Assembly: GCA_043228905.1 (NCBI GenBank)
Contig: JBHGNT010000085.1
Coordinates: 1-64,000 of the forward strand
Reading direction: 5' to 3'
From: Azolla caroliniana
Taxonomy: Eukaryota; Plantae; Polypodiophyta
DNA length: 64,000 bases
Part shown: piece after piece, positions 40,915 to 56,469 of the stretch
Layout of the letters: each line of letters opens with the position of its first letter
Numbering within the stretch: the first letter of the stretch is position 1
Notes under the pieces: generated by a model
Databases searched by the model: none
Seen by the model: the letters and a program-made list of their open reading frames with translations, nothing else
Told to the model about the DNA's origin: nothing
Translations under genes and position numbers: made by a program

Positions 40915-43600
40915 TTAGGAAATTTGAGGAGCTAGTGGAGAAGAGCGGGTTAGTAAATTAAAATGTTCATACCTGGCTCGTGTGATATCGGATTTTTGTG
41001 TTGGAAAATGCGAATCGAAGCTAACAACGTTAGCTATTATATGGAATGAAAAAATCAAGATTTTGAAACTCAGGTCGAGAGACATGACGAAATTACCAAA
41101 TTTGAGGAGTGAGTTGAGAAGAGCCCTTGAGTAAATGAAAATGTTCATACCTGGCTCGTGTAATATCGGATTTTTGTGTTCAAACATGCGAATCGAAGAT
41201 AACAACGCTAGCTATAATATGGAATTAAAAAATCAAGATTTTGAAACTCAGGTCGAGAGACATGACGAAATTACCAAATTTGAGGAGTCAGTTGAGAGGA
41301 GCCCTTGAGTAAATGAAAATGTTCATACCTGGCTCGTGTAATATCGGATTTTTGTGTTCAAACATGCGAATCGAAGCTAACAACGCTAGCTATGATATGG
41401 AATTAAAAATCAAGATTTTGAAACTCAGGTCGAGAGACATGACGAAATTACCAAATTTGAGGAGTGAGTTGAGAAGAGCCCTTGAGTAAATGAAAATGTT
41501 CATACCTGGCTCGTGTAATATCGGATTTTTGTGTTCAAACATGCGAATCGAAGCTAACAACGCTAGCTATGATATGGAATTAAAAATCAAGATTTTGAAA
41601 CTCAGGTCGAGAGACATGACGAAATTACCAAATTTGAGGAGTGAGTTGAGAAGAGCCCTTGAGTAAATGAAAATGTTCATACCTGGCTCGTGTAATATCG
41701 GATTTTTGTGTTCAAACATGCGAATCGAAGCTAACAACGCTAGCTATGATATGGAATTAAAATATCAAGATTTTGAAACTCAGGTCGAGAGACATGACGA
41801 AATAACCAAATTTGAGGAGTGACTTGAGAGGAGCCCTTGAGTAAATGAAAATGTTCATACCTGGCTCGTGTAATATCGGATTTTTGTATTCAAACATGCG
41901 TATCGAAGCTAACAACGCTAGCTATGATATGGAATTAAAAAATCAAGATTTTGAAACTCCGGTCGAGAGACATGACGAAATTTCCAAATTTGAGGAGTGA
42001 GTTGAGAAGAGCTAGGAGGTAAATTAAAATGTTCATACCTGGCTCGTGTGATATCGGATTTTTGTGTTCAAACATGCGAATCGAAACTAACAACGCTAGC
42101 TATGATATGGAATTAAAAAATCAAGATTTTGAAATTCGGGTCGAGAGATATGAAGAAATTAGGAAATTTGAGGAGCTAGTGGAGAAGAGCGGGTTAGTAA
42201 ATTAAAATGTTCATACCTGGCTCGTGTGATATCGGATTTTTGTGTTGGAAAATGCGAATCGAAGCTAACAACGTTAGCTATTATATGGAATGAAAAAATC
42301 AAGATTTTGAAACTCAGGTCGAGAGACATGACGAAATTACCAAATTTGAGGAGTGAGTTGAGAAGAGCCCTTGAGTAAATGAAAATGTTCATACCTGGCT
42401 CGTGTAATATCGGATTTTTGTGTTCAAACATGCGAATCGAAGATAACAACGCTAGCTATAATATGGAATTAAAAAATCAAGATTTTGAAACTCAGGTCGA
42501 GAGACATGACGAAATTACCAAATTTGAGGAGTCAGTTGAGAGGAGCCCTTGAGTAAATGAAAATGTTCATACCTGGCTCGTGTAATATCGGATTTTTGTG
42601 TTCAAACATGCGAATCGAAGCTAACAACGCTAGCTATGATATGGAATTAAAAATCAAGATTTTGAAACTCAGGTCGAGAGACATGACGAAATTACCAAAT
42701 TTGAGGAGTGAGTTGAGAAGAGCCCTTGAGTAAATGAAAATGTTCATACCTGGCTCGTGTAATATCGGATTTTTGTGTTCAAACATGCGAATCGAAGCTA
42801 ACAACGCTAGCTATGATATGGAATTAAAAATCAAGATTTTGAAACTCAGGTCGAGAGACATGACGAAATTACCAAATTTGAGGAGTGAGTTGAGAAGAGC
42901 CCTTGAGTAAATGAAAATGTTCATACCTGGCTCGTGTAATATCGGATTTTTGTGTTCAAACATGCGAATCGAAGCTAACAACGCTAGCTATGATATGGAA
43001 TTAAAAAATCAAGATTTTGAAACTCAGGTCGAGAGACATGACGAAATTACCAAATTTCAGGAGTGACTTGAGAGGAGCCCTTGAGTAAATGAAAATGTTC
43101 ATACCTGGCTCGTGTAATATCGGATTTTTGTATTCAAACATGCGTATCGAAGCTAACAACGCTAGCTATGATATGGAATTAAAAAATCAAGATTTTGAAA
43201 CTCCGGTCGAGAGACATGACGAAATTTCCAAATTTGAGGAGTGAGTTGAGAAGAGCTAGGAGGTAAATTAAAATGTTCATACCTGGCTCGTGTGATATCG
43301 GATTTTTGTGTTCAAACATGCGAATCGAAACTAACAACGCTAGCTATGATATGGAATTAAAAAATCAAGATTTTGAAATTCGGGTCGAGAGATATGAAGA
43401 AATTAGGAAATTTGAGGAGCTAGTGGAGAAGAGCGGGTTAGTAAATTAAAATGTTCATACCTGGCTCGTGTGATATCGGATTTTTGTGTTGGAAAATGCG
43501 AATCGAAGCTAACAACGTTAGCTATTATATGGAATGAAAAAATCAAGATTTTGAAACTCAGGTCGAGAGACATGACGAAATTTCCAAATTTGAGGAGTGA
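40915..43600. repeat. 7-monomer higher-order repeat, 1244 bp x 2 copies (duplicate of the 33.1-35.8 kb block)
   Basis: Marker monomer at 40915, 42159, 43403. Private variants AAATATCAAG (33941/41762) and ATTTCAGG (35237/43058) are offset by 7821 bp. Confidence 0.92.
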
Positions 43601-45339
43601 GTTGAGAGGAGCCCTTGAGTAAATGAAAATGTTCATACCTGGCTCGTGTAATATCGGATTTTTGTGTTCAAACATGCGAATCGAAGCTAACAACGCTAGC
43701 TATGATATGGAATTAAAAATTAAGATTTTGAAACTCAGGTCGAGAGACATGACGAAATTACCAAATTTGAGGAGTGAGTTGAGAAGAGCCCTTGAGTAAA
43801 TGAAAATGTTCATACCTGGCTCGTGTAATATCGGATTTTTGTGTTCAAACATGCGAATCGAAGCTAACAACGCTAGCTATGATATGGAATTAAAAAATCA
43901 AGATTTTGAAACTCAGGTCGAGAGACATGACGAAATTACCAAATTTGAGGAGTGAGTTGAGAAGAGCTAGGAGGTAAATTAAAATGTTCATACCTGGCTC
44001 GTGTGATATCAAATTCTTGTGTTCAAACATGCGAATCGAAGCTAACAACGCTAGCTATGATATGGAATTAAAAAATCAAGATTTTGAAACTCCGGTCGAG
44101 AGACATGACGAAAGTTCCAAATTTGAGGAGTGAGTTGAGAGGAGCCCTTGAGTAAATTAAAATGTTCATACCTGGCTCGTGTGATATCGGATTTTTGTGT
44201 TCAAACATGGGAATCGAAGCTAACAACGCTAGCTATGATATGGAATTAAAAAATCAAGATTTTGAAACTCAGATCAAGAGACATGACGAAATTACCAAAT
44301 TTGAGGAGTGAGTTGAGAAGAGCTAGGAGGTAAATTAAAATGGTCATACCTGGCTCGTGTGATATCGGATTTTTGTGTTCAAACATGCGAATCGAAACTA
44401 ACAACGCTAGCTATGATATGGAATTAAAAAATCAAGATTTTGAAATTCGGGTCGAGAGATATGAAGAAATTAGGAAATTTGAGGAGCTAGTGGAGAAGAG
44501 CGGGTTAGTAAATTAAAATGTTCATACCTGGCTCGTGTGATATCGGATTTTTGTGTTGTAAAATGCGAATCGAAGCTAACAACGTTAGCTATTATATGGA
44601 ATGAAAAAATCAAGATTTTGAAACTCAGGTCGAGAGACATGACGAAATTTCCAAATTTGAGGAGTGAGTTGAGAGGAGCCCTTGAGTAAATTAAAATGTT
44701 CATACCTGGCTCGTGTGATATCGGATTTTTGTGTTCAAACATGGCAATCGAAGCTAACAACGCTAGCTATGATATGGAATTAAAAAATCAAGATTTTGAA
44801 ACTCAGATCAAGAGACATGAGGAAATTACCAAATTTGAGGAGTGAGTTGAGAAGAGCTAGGAGGTAAATCAAAATGTTCATACCTGGCTCGTGTGATATC
44901 GAATTTTTGTATTCAAACATGCGAATCGAAGATAACAACGCTAGCTATGATATGGAATTAAAAAATCAAGATTTTGAAACTCAGGTCGAGAGACATGACG
45001 AAATTACCAAATTTGAGGAGTGAGTTGAGAGGAGCCCTTGAGTAAATGAAAATGTTCATACCTGGCTCGTGTAATATCGGATTTTTGTGTTCAAACATGC
45101 GAATCGAAGCTAACAACGCTAGCTATGATATGGAATTAAAAATTAAGATTTTGAAACTCAGGTCGAGAGACATGACGAAATTACCAAATTTGAGGAGTGA
45201 GTTGAGAAGAGCCCTTGAGTAAATGAAAATGTTCATACCTGGCTCGTGTAATATCGGATTTTTGTGTTCAAACATGCGAATCGAAGCTAACAACGCTAGC
45301 TATGATATGGAATTAAAAAATCAAGATTTTGAAACTCAG

Positions 45340-46690
45340 GTCGAGAGACATGACGAAATTACCAAATTTGAGGAGTGAGTTGAGAGGAGCCCTTGAGTAA
45401 ATGAAAATGTTCATACCTGGCTCGTGTAATATCGGATTTTTGTGTTCAAACATGGCAATCGAAGCTAACAACGCTAGCTATGATATGGAATTAAAAAATC
45501 AAGATTTTGAAACTCCGGTCGAGAGACATGAGGAAATTACCAAATTTGAGGAGTGAGTTGAGAGGAGCCCTTGAGTAAATGAAAATGTTCATACCTGGCT
45601 CGTGTAATATCGGATTTTTGTGTTCAAACATGCGAATCGAAGCTAACAACGCTAGCTATGATATGGAATTAAAAATTAAGATTTTGAAACTCAGGTCGAG
45701 AGACATGACGAAATTTCCAAATTTGAGGAGTGAGTTGAGAGGAGCCCTTGAGTAAATGAAAATGTTCATACCTGGCTCGTGTAATATCGGATTTTTGTGT
45801 TCAAACATGCGAATCGAAGCTAACAACGCTAGCTATGATATGGAATTAAAAATCAAGATTTTGAAACTCAGGTCGAGAGACATGACGAAATTACCAAATT
45901 TGAGGAGTGAGTTGAGAAGAGCCCTTGAGTAAATGACAATGTTCATACCTGGCTCGTGTAATATCGGATTTTTGTGTTCAAACATGCGTATCGAAGCTAA
46001 CAACGCTAGCTATGATATGGAATTAAAAAATCAAGATTTTGAAACTCAGGTCGAGAGACATGACGAAATTACCAAATTTGAGGAGTGAGTTGAGAGGAGC
46101 CCTTGAGTAAATGAAAATGTTCATACCTGGCTCGTGTAATATCGGATTTTTGTGTTCAAACATGGCAATCGAAGCTAACAACGCTAGCTATGATATGGAA
46201 TTAAAAAATCAAGATTTTGAAACTCCGGTCGAGAGACATGAGGAAATTACCAAATTTGAGGAGTGAGTTGAGAGGAGCCCTTGAGTAAATGAAAATGTTC
46301 ATACCTGCCTCGTGTAATATCGGATTTTTGTGTTCAAACATGCGAATCGAAGCTAACAACGCTAGCTATGATATGGAATTAAAAATTAAGATTTTGAAAC
46401 TCAGGTCGAGAGACATGACGAAATTTCCAAATTTGAGGAGTGAGTTGAGAGGAGCCCTTGAGTAAATGAAAATGTTCATACCTGGCTCGTGTAATATCGG
46501 ATTTTTGTGTTCAAACATGCGAATCGAAGCTAACAACGCTAGCTATGATATGGAATTAAAAATCAAGATTTTGAAACTCAGGTCGAGAGACATGACGAAA
46601 TTACCAAATTTGAGGAGTGAGTTGAGAAGAGCCCTTGAGTAAATGAAAATGTTCATACCTGGCTCGTGTAATATCGGATTTTTGTGTTCA
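45340..46690. repeat. 4-monomer tandem duplication (710-bp period), copy of the 38.9-40.3 kb block
   Basis: CATGGCAATC at 45451 and 46161, with the same neighbouring variants as 39051/39761. Confidence 0.85.
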
Positions 46691-49600
46691 AACATGCGAA
46701 TCGAAGCTAACAACGCTAGCTATGATATGGAATTAAAAATCAAGATTTTGAAACTCAGGTCGAGAGACATGACGAAATTACCAAATTTGAGGAGTGAGTT
46801 GAGAAGAGCCCTTGAGTAAATGAAAATGTTCATACCTGGCTCGTGTAATATCGGATTTTTGTGTTCAAACATGCGAATCGAAGCTAACAACGCTAGCTAT
46901 GATATGGAATTAAAATATCAAGATTTTGAAACTCAGGTCGAGAGACATGACGAAATAACCAAATTTGAGGAGTGACTTGAGAGGAGCCCTTGAGTAAATG
47001 AAAATGTTCATACCTGGCTCGTGTAATATCGGATTTTTGTATTCAAACATGCGTATCGAAGCTAACAACGCTAGCTATGATATGGAATTAAAAAATCAAG
47101 ATTTTGAAACTCCGGTCGAGAGACATGACGAAATTTCCAAATTTGAGGAGTGAGTTGAGAAGAGCTAGGAGGTAAATTAAAATGTTCATACCTGGCTCGT
47201 GTGATATCGGATTTTTGTGTTCAAACATGCGAATCGAAACTAACAACGCTAGCTATGATATGGAATTAAAAAATCAAGATTTTGAAATTCGGGTCGAGAG
47301 ATATGAAGAAATTAGGAAATTTGAGGAGCTAGTGGAGAAGAGCGGGTTAGTAAATTAAAATGTTCATACCTGGCTCGTGTGATATCGGATTTTTGTGTTG
47401 GAAAATGCGAATCGAAGCTAACAACGTTAGCTATTATATGGAATGAAAAAATCAAGATTTTGAAACTCAGGTCGAGAGACATGACGAAATTACCAAATTT
47501 GAGGAGTGAGTTGAGAAGAGCCCTTGAGTAAATGAAAATGTTCATACCTGGCTCGTGTAATATCGGATTTTTGTGTTCAAACATGCGAATCGAAGCTAAC
47601 AACGCTAGCTATGATATGGAATTAAAAAATCAAGATTTTGAAACTCAGATCAAGAGACATGACGAAATTACCAAATTTGAGGAGTGAGTTGAGAAGAGCT
47701 AGGAGGTAAATTGAAATGTTCATACCTGGCTCGTGTGATATCGAATTTTTGTGTTCAAACATGGGAATCGAAGATAACAACGCTAGCTATAATATGGAAT
47801 TAAAAAATCAAGATTTTGAAACTCAGGTCGAGAGACATGACGAGATTACCAAATTTGAGGAGTCAGTTGAGAGGAGCCCTTGAGTAAATGAAAATGTTCA
47901 TACCTGGCTCGTGTAATATCGGATTTCTGTGTTCAAACATGCGAATCGAAGCTAACAACGCTAGCTATGATATGGAATTAAAAATCAAGATTTTGAAACT
48001 CAGGTCGAGAGACATGACGAAATTACCAAATTTCAGGAGTGAGTTGAGAAGAGCCCTTGAGTAAATGAAAATGTTCATACCTGGCTCGTGTAATATCGGA
48101 TTTTTGTGTTCAAACATGCGAATCGAAGCTAACAACGCTAGCTATGATATGGAATTAAAAAATCAAGATTTTGAAACTCAGGTCGAGAGACATGACGAGA
48201 TTACCAAATTTGAGGAGTCACTTGAGAGGAGCCCTTGAGTAAATGAAAATGTTCATACCTGGCTCGTGTAATATCGGATTTTTGTGTTCAAACATGCGTA
48301 TCGAAGCTAACAACGCTAGCTATGATATGGAATTAAAAAATCAAAATTTTGAAACTCCGGTCGAGAGACATGACGAAATTTCCAAATTTGAGGAGTGAGT
48401 TGAGAGGAGCCCTTGAGTAAATTAAAATGTTCATACCTGGCTCGTATCATATCGGATTTTTGTGTTCAAACATGCGAATCAAAGCTAACAACCCTAGCTA
48501 TGATATGGAATTAAAAAATCAAGATTTTGAAACTCAGGTCGAGAGACATGACGAAATTACCAAATTTGAGGAGTGAGTTGAGAAGAGCTAGGAGGTAAAT
48601 TAAAATGTTCATACCTGGCTCGTGTGATATCAAATTCTTGTGTTCAAACATGCGAATCGAAGCTAACAACGCTAGCTATGATATGGAATTAAAAAATCAA
48701 GATTTTGAAACTCCGGTCGAGAGACATGACGAAAGTTCCAAATTTGAGGAGTGAGTTGAGAGGAGCCCTTGAGTAAATTAAAATGTTCATACCTGGCTCG
48801 TGTGATATCGGATTTTTGTGTTCAAACATGGGAATCGAAGCTAACAACGCTAGCTATGATATGGAATTAAAAAATCAAGATTTTGAAACTCAGATCAAGA
48901 GACATGACGAAATTACCAAATTTGAGGAGTGAGTTGAGAAGAGCTAAGAGGTAAATTAAAATGGTCATACCTGGCTCGTGTGATATCGGATTTTTGTGTT
49001 CAAACATGCGAATCGAAACTAACAACGCTAGCTATGATATGGAATTAAAAAATCAAGATTTTGAAATTCGGGTCGAGAGATATGAAGAAATTAGGAAATT
49101 TGAGGAGCTAGTGGAGAAGAGCGGGTTAGTAAATTAAAATGTTCATACCTGGCTCGTGTGATATCGGATTTTTGTGTTGTAAAATGCGAATCGAAGCTAA
49201 CAACGTTAGCTATTATATGGAATGAAAAAATCAAGATTTTGAAACTCAGGTCGAGAGACATGACGAAATTTCCAAATTTGAGGAGTGAGTTGAGAGGAGC
49301 CCTTGAGTAAATTAAAATGTTCATACCTGGCTCGTGTGATATCGGATTTTTGTGTTCAAACATGGCAATCGAAGCTAACAACGCTAGCTATGATATGGAA
49401 TTAAAAAATCAAGATTTTGAAACTCAGATCAAGAGACATGAGGAAATTACCAAATTTGAGGAGTGAGTTGAGAAGAGCTAGGAGGTAAATCAAAATGTTC
49501 ATACCTGGCTCGTGTGATATCGAATTTTTGTATTCAAACATGCGAATCGAAGATAACAACGCTAGCTATGATATGGAATTAAAAAATCAAGATTTTGAAA

Positions 49601-52600
49601 CTCAGGTCGAGAGACATGACGAAATTACCAAATTTGAGGAGTGAGTTGAGAGGAGCCCTTGAGTAAATGAAAATGTTCATACCTGGCTCGTGTAATATCG
49701 GATTTTTGTGTTCAAACATGCGAATCGAAGCTAACAACGCTAGCTATGATATGGAATTAAAAATTAAGATTTTGAAACTCAGGTCGAGAGACATGACGAA
49801 ATTACCAAATTTGAGGAGTGACTTGAGAGGAGCCCTTGAGTAAATGAAAATGTTCATACCTGGCTCGTGTAATATCGGATTTTTGTATTCAAACATGCGT
49901 ATCGAAGCTAACAACGCTAGCTATGATATGGAATTAAAAAATCAAGATTTTGAAACTCCGGTCGAGAGACATGACGAAATTTCCAAATTTGAGGAGTGAG
50001 TTGAGAAGAGCTAGGAGGTAAATTAAAATGTTCATACCTGGCTCGTGTGATATCGGATTTTTGTGTTCAAACATGCGAATCGAAACTAACAACGCTAGCT
50101 ATGATATGGAATTAAAAAATCAAGATTTTGAAATTCGGGTCGAGAGATATGAAGAAATTAGGAAATTTGAGGAGCTAGTGGAGAAGAGCGGGTTAGTAAA
50201 TTAAAATGTTCATACCTGGCTCGTGTGATATCGGATTTTTGTGTTGGAAAATGCGAATCGAAGCTAACAACGTTAGCTATTATATGGAATGAAAAAATCA
50301 AGATTTTGAAACTCAGGTCGAGAGACATGACGAAATTACCAAATTTGAGGAGTGAGTTGAGAAGAGCCCTTGAGTAAATGAAAATGTTCATACCTGGCTC
50401 GTGTAATATCGGATTTTTGTGTTCAAACATGCGAATCGAAGCTAACAACGCTAGCTATGATATGGAATTAAAAAATCAAGATTTTGAAACTCAGATCAAG
50501 AGACATGACGAAATTACCAAATTTGAGGAGTGAGTTGAGAAGAGCTAGGAGGTAAATTGAAATGTTCATACCTGGCTCGTGTGATATCGAATTTTTGTGT
50601 TCAAACATGCGAATCGAAGCTAACAACACTAGCTATGATATGGAATTAAAAAATCAAGATTTTGAAACTCCGGTCGAGAGACATGACGAAATTTCCAAAT
50701 TTGAGGAGTGAGTTGAGAGGAGCCCTTGAGTAAATTAAAATGTTCATACCTGGCTCGTGTGATATCGGATTTTTGTGTTCAAACATGGGAATCGAAGCTA
50801 ACAACGCTAGCTATGATATGGAATTAAAAAATCAAGATTTTGAAACTCAGATCAAGAGACATGACGAAATTACCAAATTTGAGGAGTGAGTTGAGAAGAG
50901 CTAGGAGGTAAATTGAAATGTTCATACCTGGCTCGTGTGATATCGAATTTTTGTGTTCAAACATGGGAATCGAAGATAACAACGCTAGCTATAATATGGA
51001 ATTAAAAAATCAAGATTTTGAAACTCAGGTCGAGAGACATGACGAGATTACCAAATTTGAGGAGTCAGTTGAGAGGAGCCCTTGAGTAAATGAAAATGTT
51101 CATACCTGGCTCGTGTAATATCGGATTTTTGTGTTCAAACATGCGAATCGAAGCTAACAACGCTAGCTATGATATGGAATTAAAAATCAAGATTTTGAAA
51201 CTCAGGTCGAGAGACATGACGAAATTACCAAATTTCAGGAGTGAGTTGAGAAGAGCCCTTGAGTAAATGAAAATGTTCATACCTGGCTCGTGTAATATCG
51301 GATTTTTGTGTTCAAACATGCGAATCGAAGCTAACAACGCTAGCTATGATATGGAATTAAAAAATCAAGATTTTGAAACTCAGGTCGAGAGACATGACGA
51401 AATTACCAAATTTGAGGAGTCACTTGAGAGGAGCCCTTGAGTAAATGAAAATGTTCATACCTGGCTCGTGTAATATCGGATTTTTGTGTTCAAACATGCG
51501 TATCGAAGCTAACAACGCTAGCTATGATATGGAATTAAAAAATCAAGATTTTGAAACTCCGGTCGAGAGACATGACGAAATTTCCAAATTTGAGGAGTGA
51601 GTTGAGAGGAGCCCTTGAGTAAATTAAAATGTTCATACCTGGCTCGTATCATATCGGATTTTTGTGTTCAAACATGCGAATCAAAGCTAACAACCCTAGC
51701 TATGATATGGAATTAAAAAATCAAGATTTTGAAACTCAGATCAAGAGACATGACGAAATTACCAAATTTGAGGAGTGAGTTGAGAAGAGCTAGGAGGTAA
51801 ATTAAAATGGTCATACCTGGCTCGTGTGATATCGGATTTTTGTGTTCAAACATGCGAATCCAAACTAACAACGCTAGCTATGATATGGAATTAAAAAATC
51901 AAGATTTTGAAATTCGGGTCGAGAGATATGAAGAAATTAGGAAATTTGAGGAGCTAGTGGAGAAGAGCGGGTTAGTAAATTAAAATGTTCATACCTGGCT
52001 CGTGTGATATCGGATTTTTGTGTTGTAAAATGCGAATCGAAGCTAACAACGTTAGCTATTATATGGAATGAAAAAATCAAGATTTTGAAACTCAGGTCGA
52101 GAGACATGACGAAATTTCCAAATTTGAGGAGTGAGTTGAGAGGAGCCCTTGAGTAAATTAAAATGTTCATACCTGGCTCGTGTGATATCGGATTTTTGTG
52201 TTCAAACATGGCAATCGAAGCTAACAACGGTAGCTATGATATGGAATTAAAAAATCAAGATTTTGAAACTCAGATCAAGAGACATGAGGAAATTACCAAA
52301 TTTGAGGAGTGAGTTGAGAAGAGCTAGGAGGTAAATCAAAATGTTCATACCTGGCTCGTGTGATATCGAATTTTTGTGTTCAAACATGCGAATCGAAGAT
52401 AACAACGCTAGCTATGATATGGAATTAAAAAATCAAGATTTTGAAACTCAGGTCGAGAGACATGACGAAATTACCAAATTTGAGGAGTGAGTTGAGAGGA
52501 GCCCTTGAGTAAATGAAAATGTTCATACCTAGCTCGTGTAATATCGGATTTTTGTGTTCAAACATGCGAATCGAAGCTAACAACGCTAGCTATGATATGG

Positions 52601-55600
52601 AATTAAAAATTAAGATTTTGAAACTCAGGTCGAGAGACATGACGAAATTACCAAATTTGAGGAGTGAGTTGAGAAGAGCCCTTGAGTAAATGAAAATGTT
52701 CATACCTGGCTCGTGTAATATCGGATTTTTGTGTTCAAACATGCGAATCGAAGCTAACAACGCTAGCTATGATATGGAATTAAAAAATCAAGATTTTGAA
52801 ACTCCGGTCGAGAGACATGAGGAAATTACCAAATTTGAGGAGTGAGTTGAGAGGAGCCCTTGAGTAAATGAAAATGTTCATACCTGGCTCGTGTAATATC
52901 GGATTTTTGTGTTCAAACATGCGAATCGAAGCTAACAACGCTAGCTATGATATGGAATTAAAAATTAAGATTTTGAAACTCAGGTCGAGAGACATGACGA
53001 AATTTCCAAATTTGAGGAGTGAGTTGAGAGGAGCCCTTGAGTAAATTAAAATGTTCATACCTGGCTCGTGTGATATCGGATTTTTGTGTTCAAACATGGC
53101 AATCGAAGCTAACAACGCTAGCTATGATATGGAATTAAAAAATCAAGATTTTGAAACTCAGATCAAGAGACATGAGGAAATTACCAAATTTGAGGAGTGA
53201 GTTGAGAAGAGCTAGGAGGTAAATCAAAATGTTCATACCTGGCTCGTGTGATATCGAATTTTTGTGTTCAAACATGCGAATCGAAGATAACAACGCTAGC
53301 TATGATATGGAATTAAAAAATCAAGATTTTGAAACTCCGGTCGAGAGACATGACGAAATTTCCAAATTTGAGGAGTGAGTTGAGAGGAGCCCTTGAGTAA
53401 ATTAAAATGTTCATACCTGGCTCGTGTGATATCGGATTTTTGTGTTCAAACATGCGAATCGAAGCTAACAACGCTAGCTATGATATGGAATTAAAAAATA
53501 CAGATTTTGAAACTCAGATCAAGAGACATGACGAAATTACCAAATTTGAGGAGTGAGTTGAGAAGAGCTAGGAGGTAAATTAAAATGGTCATACCTGGCT
53601 CGTGTGATATCGAATTTTTGTGTTCAAACATGCGAATCGAAGATAACAACGCTAGCTATAATATGGAATTAAAAAATCAAGATTTTGAAACTCAGGTCGA
53701 GAGACATGACGAAATTACCAAATTTCAGGAGTGAGTTGAGAGGAGCCCTTGAGTAAATGAAAATGTTCATACCTGGCTCGTATCATATCGGATTTTTGTG
53801 TTCAAACATGCGAATCGAAGCTAACAACGCTAGCTATGATATGGAATTAAAAAATCAAGATTTTGAAACTCAGGTCGAGAGACATGACGAAATTACCAAA
53901 TTTGAGGAGTGAGTTGAGAAGAGCTAGGAGGTAAATTAAAATGTTCATACCTGGCTCGTGTGATATCGAATTTTTGTGTTCAAACATGCGAATCGAAGCT
54001 AACAACACTAGCTATGATATGGAATTAAAAAATCAAGATTTTGAAACTCCGGTCGAGAGACATGACGAAATTTCCAAATTTGAGGAGTGAGTTGAGAAGA
54101 GCTAGGAGGTAAATTAAAATGTTCATACCTGGCTCGTGTGATATCGGATTTTTGTGTTCAAACATGCGAATCGAAACTAACAACGCTAGCTATGATATGG
54201 AATTAAAAAATCAAGATTTTGAAATTCGGGTCGAGAGATATGAAGAAATTAGGAAATTTGAGGAGCTAGTGGAGAAGAGCGGGTTAGTAAATTAAAATGT
54301 TCATACCTGGCTCGTGTGATATCGGATTTTTGTGTTGGAAAATGCGAATCGAAGCTAACAACGTTAGCTATTATATGGAATGAAAAAATCAAGATTTTGA
54401 AACTCAGGTCGAGAGACATGACGAAATTTCCAAATTTGAGGAGTGAGTTGAGAGGAGCCCTTGAGTAAATTAAAATGTTCATACCTGGCTCGTGTGATAT
54501 CGGATTTTTGTGTTCAAACATGGCAATCGAAGCTAACAACGCTAGCTATGATATGGAATTAAAAAATACAGATTTTGAAACTCAGATCAAGAGACATGAG
54601 GAAATTACCAAATTTGAGGAGTGAGTTGAGAAGAGCTAGGAGGTAAATCAAAATGTTCATACCTGGCTCGTGTGATATCGAATTTTTGTGTTCAAACATG
54701 CGAATCGAAGATAACAACGCTAGCTATAATATGGAATTAAAAAATCAAGATTTTGAAACTCAGGTCGAGAGACATGACGAAATTACCAAATTTCAGGAGT
54801 GAGTTGAGAGGAGCCCTTGAGTAAATGAAAATGTTCATACCTGGCTCGTATCATATCGGATTTTTGTGTTCAAACATGCGAATCGAAGCTAACAACGCTA
54901 GCTATGATATGGAATTAAAAAATCAAGATTTTGAAACTCAGGTCGAGAGACATGACGAAATTACCAAATTTGAGGAGTGAGTTGAGAAGAGCTAGGAGGT
55001 AAATTAAAATGTTCATACCTGGCTCGTGTGATATCGAATTTTTGTGTTCAAACATGCGAATCGAAGCTAACAACACTAGCTATGATATGGAATTAAAAAA
55101 TCAAGATTTTGAAACTCCGGTCGAGAGACATGACGAAATTTCCAAATTTGAGGAGTGAGTTGAGAGGAGCCCTTGAGTAAATTAAAATGTTCATACCTGG
55201 CTCGTGTGATATCGGATTTTTGTGTTCAAACATGGGAATCGAAGCTAACAACGCTAGCTATGATATGGAATTAAAAAATCAAGATTTTGAAACTCAGATC
55301 AAGAGACATGACGAAATTACCAAATTTGAGGAGTGAGTTGAGAAGAGCTAGGAGGTAAATTGAAATGTTCATACCTGGCTCGTGTGATATCGAATTTTTG
55401 TGTTCAAACATGGGAATCGAAGATAACAACGCTAGCTATAATATGGAATTAAAAAATCAAGATTTTGAAACTCAGGTCGAGAGACATGACGAGATTACCA
55501 AATTTGAGGAGTCAGTTGAGAGGAGCCCTTGAGTAAATGAAAATGTTCATACCTGGCTCGTGTAATATCGGATTTTTGTGTTCAAACATGCGAATCGAAG

Positions 55601-56469
55601 CTAACAACGCTAGCTATGATATGGAATTAAAAATCAAGATTTTGAAACTCAGGTCGAGGGACATGACGAAATTACCAAATTTCAGGAGTGAGTTGAGAAG
55701 AGCCCTTGAGTAAATGAAAATGTTCATACCTGGCTCGTGTAATATCGGATTTTTGTGTTCAAACATGCGAATCGAAGCTAACAACGCTAGCTATGATATG
55801 GAATTAAAAAATCAAGATTTTGAAACTCAGGTCGAGAGACATGACGAAATTACCAAATTTGAGGAGTCACTTGAGAGGAGCCCTTGAGTAAATGAAAATG
55901 TTCATACCTGGCTCGTGTAATATCGGATTTTTGTGTTCAAACATGCGTATCGAAGCTAACAACGCTAGCTATGATATGGAATTAAAAAATCAAGATTTTG
56001 AAACTCCGGTCGAGAGACATGACGAATTTTCCAAATTTGAGGAGTGAGTTGAGAGGAGCCCTTGAGTAAATTAAAATGTTCATACCTGGCTCGTATCATA
56101 TCGGATTTTTGTGTTCAAACATGCGAATCAAAGCTAACAACCCTAGCTATGATATGGAATTAAAAAATCAAGATTTTGAAACTCAGGTCGAGAGACATGA
56201 CGAAATTACCAAATTTGAGGAGTGAGTTGAGAAGAGCTAGGAGGTAAATTAAAATGTTCATACCTGGCTCGTGTGATATCAAATTCTTGTGTTCAAACAT
56301 GCGAATCGAAGCTAACAACGCTAGCTATGATATGGAATTAAAAAATCAAGATTTTGAAACTCCGGTCGAGAGACATGACGAAAGTTCCAAATTTGAGGAG
56401 TGAGTTGAGAGGAGCCCTTGAGTAAATTAAAATGTTCATACCTGGCTCGTGTGATATCGGATTTTTGTG